Shown: positions 11,555 through 25,496 of the stretch, in pieces
Layout: every line of letters starts with the position of its first letter
How positions within the stretch are numbered: position 1 is the stretch's first letter
Assembly (NCBI RefSeq): GCF_964355755.1
Contig: NC_092674.1
Span: 29,884,001 to 29,948,000 of the forward strand
Source of the DNA: Antedon mediterranea
Taxonomy: Eukaryota; Animalia; Echinodermata
Direction of reading: 5' to 3'
Length of the DNA: 64,000 nucleotides
Notes under the pieces: model-generated
Seen by the model: the letters and a program-made list of their open reading frames with translations, nothing else
Databases searched by the model: none
What the model was told of the DNA's origin: nothing
Translations under genes and position numbers: made by a program

Positions 11555-13063
11555 CATCAATTCTGTTTGGCTTGATGGAGCGATCAACAGGTGGCGGTAC
11601 TAAGCGAGACGGTACTGATAAAGTTTTCGGGAGAGGCACGGAATGTGGGGGTACTACCGGTTGTTCCTTTAGTCTTTTATAATAATCATCATCTGCATCA
11701 TCTAAACTACTTTGCATTGGTAAATAATGCGTGTCTGATTGCGTCGAGAAACCTGGACTTGGATTTGAAGAGCCCTGCATTGGCATATAAAGACCGGTGT
11801 TGACAAGGCACGTAGGGGGGTTTATTGAACATCTGTCATCATCGCGAAGATTCTGGTACCCATCTCCGGATTCTCTTCGATTTGTTGGGAAAAAATCACT
11901 CAAAGCGGAGGAACCGTTTGTACTCGCAAACGATAGTGCTGCCGGAGACGCACTCATTGGTGCGTACAAATCCTCAAAAATGCCCGTCTCTGATAAACGT
12001 CCTTCAAGTAAACGTGGGGATACTCCCATTTGTTTTTGTTGGCCGTATGCTTCGTCAAAACTAGGTGGGGGCGTTGCTGGCCCACTATGATTGATTCTAA
12101 ATGACTCTGGTTTTGGTGGCCGTGCGGGTGCTCTAACAGGGGGCGATTTATACGGGGAATTTGATACCATTGGCTCATACCATTGACCTTGATTCTGAGT
12201 GGAGTAAAAAACATTGTCATCTTGTACTCTGGCGGGAGAAATGAGAATGGAAGAACTGCTTGTTTCGCTCGTAGTTAAAGACGGTGGCTTGGGTGGCCGT
12301 GGAGGCGCTTCTGGACTTTTTTGAATGTCATTCATATAAATGTTCTCTCGTTCCCCGTAGTTTGGTCTTGATTGATTTGTCTTTGAAATTAATTTAAACT
12401 TTTGGGCTAAATCATCTGTGGATTTGCTAACGTCATCTTTCAGATGAACTAGTAGTGGGTTGTGGACTAATTTGTTATTAGGTGGTACCTGATAAATTGA
12501 GTTCTCAACCTCATCTAAAATAAGTCCACATGAGCTCCGTGGTGAATCCTCTTCTTCACCATTAATTAGCGATATTTGCCGGTCAAATGTCCGACTTGGG
12601 CCATCAATAGACAGCCGACGATGTCCAAGTATGGATAACGGATTATCTTCGTCTTCCATCGCATGTATATCTTGAACAAATTTTGATGGTGGAGGAACGT
12701 CGTACACCGGTTGATGCCAAACAACCGGAGGCGGAGGAACATCATATGTTGGCTGCTTTCTGGGGACATTATATATATTGTTTGGAGGGGAAGGTGCGGG
12801 AGAGTCAGGGAGACTAGATTTTCTTTCCCGAAAGTCCATATGTCCATTTTGAAGTTCTCCGTTTTCTCTATTCTCCTCCCAGATTTTCACATACGACTCA
12901 TTTTCAACCTCTGGTGTTGATGTGTCATGATTGACTCTTCCATTTGCTTCTGGGGATGGTACCATTTGCTGCAATTCCGGTTGAAAATGGAACATTTGCT
13001 CAGATGTTTGAACTGGCAGCATTGGAACTCCAGGGGACGGATAGGCAATATCCTCCTCATCTT
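11555..13063 (-). CDS. GAB: GAB exon 3 (large disordered docking region)
   Basis: 511-aa ORF with YxxP (YNVP, YDVP x2, YQVP), YxxM (YEPM, YAPM, YMPM, YLPM), PPRPPKP/PARPPKP and PPPVDRSIKP Grb2-SH3 motifs. Confidence 0.92.
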
Positions 13064-13468
13064 CTAGAAAAATCAAGCAAAACATATTTTTGTTACTATC
13101 AAGTCTCTGTTTCTATGAAAGTTTATTTTGTGAAGAGTCACTTGGTAACATTTCAGAAAAAGTAGTAAAGTAAAGTAACAACCACAAAATTTACGAATAA
13201 TATTGTGAAAAAGACATGTTTTTCTTCTCAAATAACTGTGTTCATACGACATTCGATGGTCATTTAAATGAATATATTTGTTGATTGTTACTTTGCAACT
13301 CTTTATAAGGTTTATCCTGTATAGTTATTGTAAATGTTATAATTTTATTATTAGGACCAATAAATCTTGACCTTGCCGTTGACATTCATAATATACTTTT
13401 ATATTTACTTTTTAAACTGAGAGATCTACCCTCAAACAACCAAGCAATAACATTTAAAAACAACTTGC

Positions 13469-13757
13469 CTGGATTTTCCTGATCAGAGCAGAAACCGCAA
13501 ACATGGCATATTTGTTGTACCCAGTAACTCATCTCCTGCTCTGATTCTGCAACCAAAAAGTATTTGCGATCTTTCGTCTTCAAATCAAAGATGAATCCAA
13601 ATGCAGGCTTTTCACTGAATGTTAATCCCTCATCAACTTGGTCGCAGTCATCCAAGTTTATGGTTTTAATCGGAGTTTTGCTTTTGTCGTCTTTGTAGTA
13701 CGACAACGTGCTCAGGCCATTGTTAGACCGCAGAATGAACCATCTCCGATGCCATCG
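13469..13757 (-). CDS. GAB: GAB exon 2 (PH domain)
   Basis: RWHRRWFILR...LSYYK...INLDDCDQVDEGLTF...FIFDLKTKDRKYFLVAESEQEMSYWVQQICHVCGF, Gab PH domain; donor is GC (CAG|gcaagt). Confidence 0.93.
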
Positions 13758-16667
13758 CTGAAGGGAAACAAAGTTATGAAATTTTAGGTTAGGTTAAAAG
13801 ATACAAGAAACTAAATTTGTCTTATAAGGTAAACAAAGAAATGTCAGTTATTCGGTTAATAGGTTATTAGGTATGTTTGAAGTTGATTATGCTGTATGTT
13901 TCTTCTTCTATTCAACTTGCTGTCAAACTAAATTGAAATTTCTTAGAAAGATTATTGGAGATAATGTAAATCATGAATTATATGCAATTTATGAGGATAC
14001 TTATTAAAGGAAGCTACAGTATCAATCAAACACTGGATTGAATACTAAATTTTGATTCAATTCAATTCAACTTTAGTTCATTCAATCATTCATCAGTGGA
14101 AAATTACTTCCATTTATTGTAATTTGTATATAAAATATACATAGAAATTATGTTTGCTATGAGATACACAAAAACAGACAAATGAAAAACTAACAAAAAC
14201 AATTACAATACAGGATAAACCTAAATGTATACTATCAAGCATTCAGTTCCCAAATAGATAAATGAACCACGGAGGCCCAGATCAACACATGGTCGTTGCA
14301 CAACACAAAATCACATACAAGTCAGATTGCTGGTGGAATGATTGTCCTATAGTGTTACTATGTACAGTATATTACATTATACAATACATTTCTTTAACAT
14401 TTATTCAACTAAAACTGTAAACATACCCATGTCATTTGAATATTTATGAAACTAAATTTTTAAAATGTCATTTAAACACAAACGCCAACGTGTTTCATTG
14501 TTTTTTTGTTAACTGAAAGGTTAATCACAATGATATTAACGGATTATAAAAATATTTTTCATGCCGATACAACAACAAAAACCAACAAACTGAAAAATTG
14601 CTTATTAAATTTCTTTAGTACATTAAAATAAAGAGTAATAGTGAAAGTAAATTTTTCCTTTTCTGTAATATTTTTTTCTTTTCATTTTACAAATATACAA
14701 AATACAGTATATATTTTTATAATTTGTTATAAATAATACTTTTCAGCAATTTCAATGGGATAGCTATGGAGTATTTCCATTCGCATCGTGAGAGGTTGTG
14801 AACATACAGTAGTTTTACTAATTTCTTGTCGAAAAACAATTGATCAGCAATTGTTAACAAAAATTGGTTAATCGGTCAAAGAGCTTTGGAAAATATATCT
14901 GATATGTCCATTTTATAGCTCTGCTCCTAGCCTTTCCTAATACTGTACAGTACACGTTTATGTACATGTATATGGTAGAGGATTGTTTTACAAACTACTC
15001 AATCAATCTATCAATTTATTTGGAAGTGGTGCATCTGTATAACCATATGCAAGATAAAAATGTATACATTGTCAATTCACACTGAATAATGAATTAGCAA
15101 TTCTTATTCCACTTGCTGTTGAAGCATGATAATATTATATAAACATAATAAATATGTAATACTAAAACGTTGAACAATGGATTCTTTGTCTTTTTTAGAC
15201 AAACATTTTTATATTCCATTGTCATTTTATTGATGATATACTGTACTGTGAGAATACGCCAGGAATTATAGCGAAAAACTCCTCAATGAATTTTGAATAA
15301 TTACCATATAAATAAATTGTAATTTTGTGCAAGAAAAATCACATATTTATTGATTTCTGGTTCATTCCTCCAGGCTAGGGTTTGATTAGGATTTTAGTAG
15401 ACCTGTCTGATAAAAAAAATATACTGCAATCTACACAATGTCTTAAATAAGTTAAAAAATATTTCCCAACAAATAAATCTTGGTGCTTAAAACCAGGCCT
15501 ACCTCCTACATGCATGTATACTGAACCTCCAGAAGCCATTAGAAGCCAACCTATTATACCAAGCCTAACTTTTCCAATAAGTTTATCTGTAACTATGAGT
15601 TATCCGTTCAGTTCTTGGCAATAACAGGAAGCCGGCTGTATCAAGTGCCGGAGCTATTTGTATGGCTGATCATATATACTGAATAATACAGGAAAATTGT
15701 ATGGTTCCTATTTATGGAAACCCTATCACCTTGTGTAAAAGCAACAATAAACCATATGCTTTATTGTTGCTATTTGGTACAATATGTTAACTCTCCCGAA
15801 AACTCGACAGGCTTGGTCTTCTTGCCCAAAATGACTCGACAGGCTTGGTCTTCTTGCCCAAAATGTCTCTTTTTTTTCAGAATGTATTGTATAGTCTGAT
15901 AATTTTGTTCTGTTTTTTTTTAAACAGTTTCCGGTTTTCTTAGTGTTATCTGTGGTTGTAAACTTTTTTTACAATAGCTCTAAGAACGTATCATACAGTA
16001 TGCTCAGAATGTAATACACTTAAATGAATAGCATACGATATTATTTATTGTCATTTTTAAAACTACAGTAGGTACAAATGAAATAATGCTGAATTGAGGT
16101 TTTATACAAAAAATCTTCAGTGATATTGTTTATTCATCTATTTGAAAATGTTGTCTGCATTTTATGCAAATAATAACACAGCTTAAAATCTCATTTGAAG
16201 GACGAGGCAATGGGAATAAACAATCCGTCTATTCCGCCATTTAAAAAATATTGATAAATCAAAACCTTGCAAAATCTCAACATTAATGTTTTATGCAACA
16301 GCTGGTTAAAGCAATATCACATTCATTATCACATGATATAATATAATGTAATGTTGCGTATAACATTGATTTATTACTATAGCATGCATAGATGATATTA
16401 TGTTATCAAAAATGATGTGTGATTTTATTGATGAGTACATGACAAGAATGACGACAATGGTGGATTCAGTGTAGGATGTGTGAAACTTGTGATTGACATC
16501 ATAACAATTTAAATGACAGTCAAAGCAGCTTACGGTAGGTGAAATAATGTCAGTTGACTACATTCCTCCTGTAACCACCCTTCCTAACTTTCTTGTACAG
16601 AGCTTTGAAGATTATGACAAAGAGAACATGGTAACACATATTAATTAATAGATTTAGAGGATCATGG

Positions 16668-17605
16668 AAAAGAGTGAATTTGTACAATGCTACAGTATAA
16701 GAGAGTGAATTTGTACACTGAATAAGAGACTGAATTTATACACTGCTATAAGAGAGTGTATTTGTACACTGAATAAGAGAGTGAATTTGTACACTGCTAT
16801 AAGAGAGTGTATTTGTACACTGAATAAGAGAGTGAATTTGTACACTGCTATAAGAGAGTGAATATGTACACTGAATAAGAGACTGAATTTGTACACTGCT
16901 ATAAAAGAGTGAATTTGTACATTGAATAAGAGAGTGAATTTGTACACTGAATAAGAGAGTGTATTTGTACACTGAATAAGAGAGTGAATTTCTACACTGC
17001 TATAAGAGAGTGTATTTGTACACTGAATAAGAGAGTGAATTTGTACACTGCTATAAAAGAGTGAATTTGTACACTGAATAAGAGACTGAATTTGTACACT
17101 GCTATAAGAGAGTGAATTTGTACATTGAATAAGAGTGAATTTGTACACTGATAAAAGAGACTGAATTTGTACACTGAATAAGAGAGTGAATTTGTACACT
17201 GCTATAAGAGAGTGAATTTGTACACTGCTATAAGAGAGTGAATTTGTACACTGCTATAAGAGAGTGAATTTGTACACTGCTATAAGAGAGTGAATTTGTA
17301 CACTGCTATAAAAGAGTGAATTTGTACACTGAATAAGAGAGTGAATTTGTACACTGCTATAAGAGAGTGAATTTGTACACTGCTATAAAAGAGTGAATTT
17401 GTACACTGAATAAGAGAGTGAATTTATACACTATTTAAGAGAGTGAATTTATACACTGTTTCAAGAGAGTACAGAATTTTAATATGAGAGAGAATTTATA
17501 CAATTTTTTTAACAAGACTGAATCTGTACACCGACTCAAAAAAGTGAATTGTACACTGTTTCAAGAGAGTACAGAGTGAACTTATACCTTGTTACAGAGT
17601 GAATT
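16668..17605. repeat. 25/26-bp minisatellite
   Basis: ATAAGAGAGTGAATTTGTACACTG(CT/A), decaying toward the right end. Confidence 0.95.
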
Positions 17606-17762
17606 ATGCCTATAATTAAACAGTATCATGTTACGTGATGAATGAGTCGATTTATTCATCAGTTTACATATAACACCTACACACTGTTATTGTTAATCTA
17701 TATGCCAATCAATAGTCAATATTAATCAAGTTCTTGACCACCAAATCATGTTCTTAATCTTA

Positions 17763-17907
17763 AGCTCTGTCTACACTATCAAACTAGTGTTATGTGTTCA
17801 AATATGGTAGTGATATGCCTAAATATGGGAGTGATATGACATCATGTCCATATATGGGCACATAACATTTTTTTTGTCACATAAAGTTTGATAGCGTAGA
17901 CAGAGCT
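17763..17907. mobile_element. MITE family A copy
   Basis: Near-perfect TIRs, TTA...TTA flanks. Confidence 0.88.
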
Positions 17908-18850
17908 TTATATTCATATCATCCTTTCTTTGATTTCCATTTTTTTCTTTACTGTTTTAAAATCATTACTCCATCAAACCCCTTTTGATATTTCTTTTTT
18001 TGGTTATCTTACAGTAGGATATTTTATGGATCATTTTTATGTGTAAAGCAGCATATAAATCAAACCTACTGTAGCTTAAAATCTGAAAATAGTTCAATCA
18101 CATGGTTGTTAGAGCAAGGATCAGAGTCATATAAAATCCAGGAGGTAGAGTACAAGAAAGTACTGGTCCACCACCACATCGTCTTTGATGACCCATTTTG
18201 AAAAGGTCGATGACATCAAGATTTGACCTAGTTACATTGTTTCAAAGATATATAGTAAGTGATCAAAAGGTATGACAAAAATATGCAGTGTGTAGTCTAC
18301 TGGGAATGTGTATACTAAACATTAATGTTGTTTACACTTGGCTAAGTCTCCACCATATTCCATTAAGCATTGCTAACACCACTAATTGTGGTTATCAACA
18401 TTGACGTCTTCATTCTCATTTTGGCAAATGCAATTTAAGTAACGTTTTAGCTACACATAGCCAAAAATATCTTAAATATTACATACAGTGAAACAATCTG
18501 TATCTTTTTGTCAACATATACAGATCAACAAGTTGGCGTGAATGCGTCAATGATTGGTGAGGTGTGCTTACGCATTTAATTATTTTAAGACAGATACTAA
18601 CAATTAAGTTGCATATTACAAACCACTCCAGTCTAATATTTGAGTTTTTACCTCCATGGTTTAATATTGCATCCTGTATCCTCACTCAGAACAATGTTTA
18701 GATTTTTTTCTCAAAAGCATGTGATAGCCCTGCTAAATGTTATCCATGTATATCTGTGTCAGATATTATTTTGTTGACTTGTCTCTGATGAATACTAGTT
18801 TAATTTACAATCTAAATGTTTAAAATATTATTTTAGATATATGAAACATA

Positions 18851-19674
18851 GGGCCTGTTTCTGCTGCAACTGCTCAAAATACGGTATAAAAATACGGTAT
18901 AAAATACGGTATTTTTTATACCGTATTTTTTAGTACCCCGTTTCTGCTAACAATACTTCTTGGGTGGTCGTGTTAAATTTCATCTTTTTTACCCCAATTG
19001 CCATTCATTTATTTGATCGATAATTAAAAGTCGCAATAAAGGAAGTTTTACGTTTCACTTTCAACAGCCTAGCCCTAGTGATAGAGATGTTGTGAGAGCA
19101 CAGAAAGCATCGTAATGGGGACAATTAATTCGTTCCCTCCCCGAGTTATTGTATTTTGCAATGTTGTACTGCTTTCGCAGGCTCTTCAGCTTTGAGTTTA
19201 CTTGCTTTGGAGACCAGTCTATTCCATTACTCCTGCTTTATTTTTTTAGAAATGTCTTTATAAATGTGGTTGTCCCTTTTATTACCTTTTAGTTGGCCAG
19301 ACATTTTAGCTTCCCCACACACATTTATTTAGTAAAATTGTGACGTCTTCGCTCCACATTTTCGCCGAATATATCTATACACGTGTGTAAAGCAGCTGAC
19401 AGCGACAGAAATAAAAACACGAATGTTGACCTTTTGTCATGTAAAAAAAAAAATACGGTATTTTTTATTGGCAGCAGAAACGGGTACAAAAAATACGGTA
19501 TAAATTTGTAAATACCGTATTTTATCCACAAATTTTGTGGGGAAAATACGGTATACAAAATACGGTATATTTTTTATGAGCGCAGTTTCTGCTGCCAAAA
19601 ATATACCGTATATATACGGTATTCAAAAAATACCGTATAATATACGGTATTTAGTTGGCAGCAGAAACAGGGCC
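18851..19674. mobile_element. Non-autonomous PIF/Harbinger-like element
   Basis: TIR GG(G/C)CCTGTTTCTGCTGC(C)AACT, 3-bp TSD ATA, many subterminal ATACGGTAT motifs in both orientations. Confidence 0.85.
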
Positions 19675-20979
19675 ATAGAGAACATTATATTAGGGTTCAC
19701 AAACTCACTATTATAATAGTAAAGATATATGTGAGATGTATGTGAACTTGATGGCCTTGTGGGAATAAAAAGAATGTAAACTACAAAATAGATGAATACA
19801 TTCCATTTCATAATTCCTCAAAAACTTTTGCAATTTATTTTCTGGCTTTAAGTTCTTCAGTATTTTAGGTGATTAGTTTCTAGTTCTATTAAAACTAATT
19901 GTTGCGCATGATTTGAATAACAATTTACTAATAGGTTTTTTTTTAATAGCAAGCAAAGTGTAACCTACCTTTTTTTCAAGGCATGTGTAACATACTATAT
20001 AGATCTTGGAGTTAAATAAAAATATTTTTTATGATTCAAAAATATTAACAAAACAAAGAAAAATAAACAAATCTTCTTTTCTTTTTGATACTGTATGTTA
20101 TATAAATTTGTAATTCATAAAACGTCGCAATTAAAATAAATTTCAAAAAAAAATTGTTTAAAGCCTGTATTAAAGAATAACAATGATTTTCATAGTTTAA
20201 AAAGTAAGATATTTTTTATTACATATAACTTAAGGTCATGTTTTGGAGGTCATAGGTCATGATAATATCCTTTTAACCTTTTTACCAACAAACTTTCCTG
20301 TTTTCCAGGATCTTCTTATTGTTTTTACAGTAAGATTAGGGAACTTTCGAAAACAGGCTTCGCGCCAGTGTGCGACGCGAAACTGAGTGTGCAATTTACA
20401 GGCAACGCGATTTAGCCGATTTGGCGTTAAGTGGAGGGAGGCAACGCGGAACTGTATCTGATTTGCGCGTCCCGTCTAACATGCGTCACTATTGTTTGTA
20501 TGCAATACAGTGACAAACAGCAGCTTGTTCACAGTGGATGCGAATTGGAAATTTAAACACATAAAGTAAAAACATATTTTCTCAGTTATTCGGTTCTTGT
20601 AAAGCGCTTTGATATTTGTAAAGTCGCTATAAAAATGATAATGTTATATGTTTACTGTATATGGTAATATTATATTTAATCTCTTTCTGATGATGTTATT
20701 ATCCTGCTTGAAATTAGCTTAAATTTTAAAACTGTATTGCATTATTCTTGGTAATTGCCCTTACTTTATAATATATTTCAAACTGAATATAAAAATATAA
20801 AACTCATTCAAAAATATTTCTTTTCTTCAGAGCCAAACACAATGGGATTACAAATATTATTATTACAAGACTGAAATCAGACTACCTATCTACAAACAAT
20901 TATTTTTGTATTTTACTTTCTCCTGAAAAAAAAGAAAGATTTACTGAATTGCTTCCAACTGATTTTAAAAATTATGTAA

Positions 20980-21093
20980 AGCTCTGTCTAGTGTGATGTG
21001 CCAAAATATGGTAGTGATATGACATCATCGTGGCTATATATGGAAACATTACAATTTTTTGTCACTTAACATTTTATAAGTGTAGACAGAGCT
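20980..21093. mobile_element. MITE family A copy (internally deleted)
   Basis: Both ends present. Confidence 0.8.
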
Positions 21094-21604
21094 TTAGAAA
21101 ATGGCCAAATATCCCACAAAAAAAAGAAGAAAGAAGAAGCGTGCTATTAAAATAATTGCATAAACAAGTTTCAAGAGTAAGCAGAATAGAATAATATTGG
21201 TTCTAATTGATTTTTAATTGTGAGAATACTTTTTAAGTTTCTACAGAAAAAAATCTACAGATACCACATACATAGTCTCTTAATGTTATTGTAAAAGATC
21301 ACATACATCTGATATGCAGCATTAAAGCATGGAGGTAAACTGACAATTATTAATTACTGAATTTCACATTAAAGATTAAGGGTGTCTTCTTGGAAACATG
21401 CATTTGATTTCATAAACATGTAACTTTCCCATAATCCCCTTCTTCCTTTAATGAAACTCTACTTTCTATTTTAATTCCGGAGCTACCTTTATTAAGACCC
21501 AAAATTATTGAATTCTTTGGAAATATTATAATTTGTTTACCTATTGTTCTTTCCATTGAATCCAAATTAATTTAAGTATTAAAAGTTTTGTGTATAGTAG
21601 GTAA

Positions 21605-21767
21605 AGCTCTGTATACATTATTAAACTAGTTTGACAACAAAAATTGTGATGTGCCCAAATATGGTAGTGATATGCTTAAATATGGTAGTGATATGACATC
21701 ATCATGTCTATTTAAGGGCACATCATATTTTTGTTGTCACATAAACTTTGATGGTGTAGACAGAGCT
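21605..21767. mobile_element. MITE family A copy
   Basis: Both TIRs, TAA...TAA TSD. Confidence 0.88.
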
Positions 21768-24700
21768 TAAGATTCCTTTTTTATTTTCTCATCTGATTTT
21801 TTTGGTACTTTCCCTTTTGTATTTTGTCATAAATCATTAAAACTTTGTGTAACCACCCACATGTATTAACATCATTATGTGAATACTGTATTATGTAATG
21901 TTATAATCTTACAATTCTGTCTATAAAATTTAAATCCAAATTCGCTCCTCTCAAATCGACAGGTAGCGTTCCAGATCCACGGAGTGGTGACAGAAAAAGC
22001 AATGTCACCAGCTTTCGTCCATTGACAAATAAGCCAATTATCATCTGTAATTACATTTTGAATTATCACTTTAATTAGACTTTTATACCCCACGTTTCTT
22101 ACTGAATATAATAACCATCTAATATATTCTAATTATAGATTCAATTTAAAGTTTGTAATAATTAGAATTGTTAAATGAAAATGACAGTGAAATGTTGTCT
22201 CATGACAGGCATGGGATTGGTTCTTAATTAACGATCAACGATTAAATTTATGAGAATTCTAATTGGAGATAGGTGGTGAACTCTGGTGGGGTTCTTCTTC
22301 TTCATGTACCATGTCCTTCAAAAACGTTGGCGGTTATGGCTTTCAAGATAGTCCGGTTCTTAACCTTTTCAACATTACAGTTTGAGTTCTTTCTTTTGCA
22401 ATCCTTTCTATAAACATAGCTCTTTGATTTAAGCTAGGGCTTACCTTTACAAGTTAAGTGTTTTAATGGCTATGATTTGATGTAGATTGTTTGATGATGT
22501 CATTTATGCCTTTTAAAAATGTATTTAATTATTTTTAAGCTCAATTGCAACAATAGTATACTGTAATAAAATAGATTCTGATCAGTGATACATTTTTATT
22601 TTTATAAATAACAAGTAAAGAAATCTTGCATACATTTCATTCCATTTATTTAACAAAATATTTAGGACTTCTAAAGAGACAATGGAATCAGCCTGGTAGT
22701 CGGAGGAAAATTCTGTTTTTTTTTTAAATGTTCATACACTTATACATTTTGTACTGTATGGAATTTGGAATGTATTGGTGTGCATGATTCTATTCATAAA
22801 CACTACACCAATTTTCCACAATTCTTTTTATCCGGAATCTGCAGAAGCTTTGTGTGAATATAGCCTAATATTGTACGCTACACATATTCCTGAAACACTA
22901 AAGAAATAAAACCTAAAAAATATATATGCTTAAGTTCCAAATCATCTCTTTATTAACGAGTTATTATCTATAAATACCAGCAACATTTTGCTTAAGCTCT
23001 TAAAATAAAGGAGAACAAAGAAGAATCATTTTGAACTCCTGCAATCATGAATATTTTAAAACAAACATACTGTACTGCTGACCATAAAGAGAAAATAATA
23101 TAGACAAGGTTATAGACCAAATTTAGGACAGCAGTTTTTTATATTAAGATTTTAACCAGCCTGTTATTGCAAAATAAAACACATTTAAAAATCATTGTTT
23201 AAAATAATCAAATATTAATAAAATCTATTTTTCTAAAGATAAAATATAACATACAGTATTTATATTTAATCAAGTAAGAAATATGAAAAATATCAAAAAG
23301 TCATACCTTTTTTCCGAAGTTTAAAAGCGATGTTTAAATTAGGTATATACTAAAAATCACTAAATACAAGACACCACTTTTACTTAAAATTCATTACAAA
23401 ATCAAAATGAGTTGAGTAGTGAGTGCAGAGAAAGATTTCAGATGACCCTTGCATTGTGTACTAAGCTAGTATTACCTCATATCTCAAGGACTATTATCAT
23501 AAAAACATCGACTAACTACAAAAGCAAAAAGGAAACAAGTCAATATGGGTAATGAATAAACATAAAGAAGAGACACTGCTGCATTTAACAACAACCACAT
23601 GGTATATTGGTAAATTGGACCATAGCATCCTGTAGTAGGGCGTTCCAGTTTATATAGGCGGAACGCATGTGGCTTGAACAAATGAACACAGTAAATTTTG
23701 TGTAAAATTCATGAACATTTTGTAAAATCACGGAATTCACATTTTTAACACATTTGCTACAAATGAACACAGTGAATTTGGTGTAGAAATCATGAAATAT
23801 GCTTACTGTGTAAAAACCGCTGAAATCACTGTTTTTGTACCTAATCTCACTGATTCGCGCATGCGCTAGGTCCTTATCTTATCACAATATCCTCGTAAAG
23901 ACGTATTACGAGATGAAGGGGAAATAAGCAACTACTTTATATCATCAGAAAAGTGACTAACAAATTAATTCAAACTATATGGTTCTAATGGAGTTTAAAT
24001 CTAACAATATCTACCCTACTGTAAGTGGGTGTGTCCTGTATCACCCAATATAATAACATACTCAATCAACCACTGTGCCCAGAGGAGAGGAATGTGTGCC
24101 CCTTTGACAAATATCTGTCCTCTTTGTGGTTGCCTTGGATACTCCAGAAAAAGCAATACAGTACACGCACTTAAATAATACTGTTATACTCCTATGTTAT
24201 ATAATATTTTTCAGAAGAAATTATTACCTACCAGATCATCATCAAGAAGTTCTTTACTTTCCTTCAAAATTCCTTTTTGAATGTAAAGTGTACTTGTTAC
24301 AATGTTATCCGTTTAACCCGTCACCTCAAGCAATTTTTAGAGTATAATATGGTTATAATATCTCGTTCTCAGAATTAGCCTAGCAGCCTGACCTAACAGC
24401 AAGAGGGTACAAGTAGATTATTAGCACTAAAGTTCTCTGCATTCTCCACATAGCTTTCTCCCTATGCACAAATCAACAGAGAAATAAATCTAACGAGATA
24501 GCATAACTAACAGTAAAATAACTGTCTAGAGTAGAGTACTCACCAGGAAAAGCTATTCATGATTGTTAAAAAAAACAACATAGCTAGTCAAAGCATTATT
24601 TTAGTTGTACAGATATTAGTATTGTAGGCATCTGCTCAGATAGATACAGTGTGGAAGCTGTCTGTGCTATAGCAACAATGTGATTAGGCCTACTATACAA

Positions 24701-25370
24701 ACCGTTTAATACATTTGTAACAGATTCTGGCGCTATTAAGATTTCCTAGTAACCAAGTTCAAAGGTCAAACTAGCTCACAGTCTAATTAAAATAGTGTTG
24801 GTTGTTTTATGCTGGTACTACATCTGTTTATCGGTTCCAATCAAAGATTTTAAATTGCTTTATTTCGAATTACCAATGGCAAACTGTATAGTAGCATTAG
24901 GAAAATAACAAAATATGACGATTCGTATATAATTTAGTGTGTTAGTGAGGGAACACATTTTTGGAATAGGATGGAGGAAGTTTGGGGGAGGGGGAGGGGG
25001 TTGCACCCCTTACAAGTCTAAACCTCATGAATAAATATTATTAGCTTATGAAAGTTTTGACATACTGTAAAAACTCACTATGTCCGTGACCTTTTTGTTT
25101 TAGTTTTGTTATGATCAACTTTTAGAGGATAAGTACAAAAACAATACCATGCCCACAACTACGGTATGTCAATTATGATATTATTTTAAACAGGAAAGTT
25201 TATCAAGAAATGACTAAGCAATCTTGTTCAAGGATATTCTACAAAGCACCTACTACTGTATACCCTCATAGGTCTTGTTTCTTTTGCAGTGGAATACTAT
25301 ATGGTTACTGTACTGTAAGTTACAAACTAATTACAGCCTTATTTGTTATCTCATTACACAATTCTTCTAA

Positions 25371-25496
25371 AGCTCTGTCTCCACTATCAAACTAGTTTGA
25401 CAAAAAGTGTGATGTGACCAAATTTGGTAGTGATATGCTTAAACATGGTAGTGATATGACATCATCATGTCCATACTGTATATGGGCACATCACAT
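25371..25496. mobile_element. MITE family A truncated copy
   Basis: Left TIR and core; carries a CTGTA insertion. Confidence 0.8.

Noticed and set aside
11591-13165. Short alternative-frame and antisense ORFs over GAB exon 3
   Set aside because: Expected shadows of a long, more GC-rich coding exon
15803-15865. Short local duplications (also 31260-31368, 58805-58852)
   Set aside because: Ordinary two-copy slippage duplications without further structure
16690-17199. Repetitive minus-strand ORFs
   Set aside because: Artefacts of the 25/26-bp minisatellite
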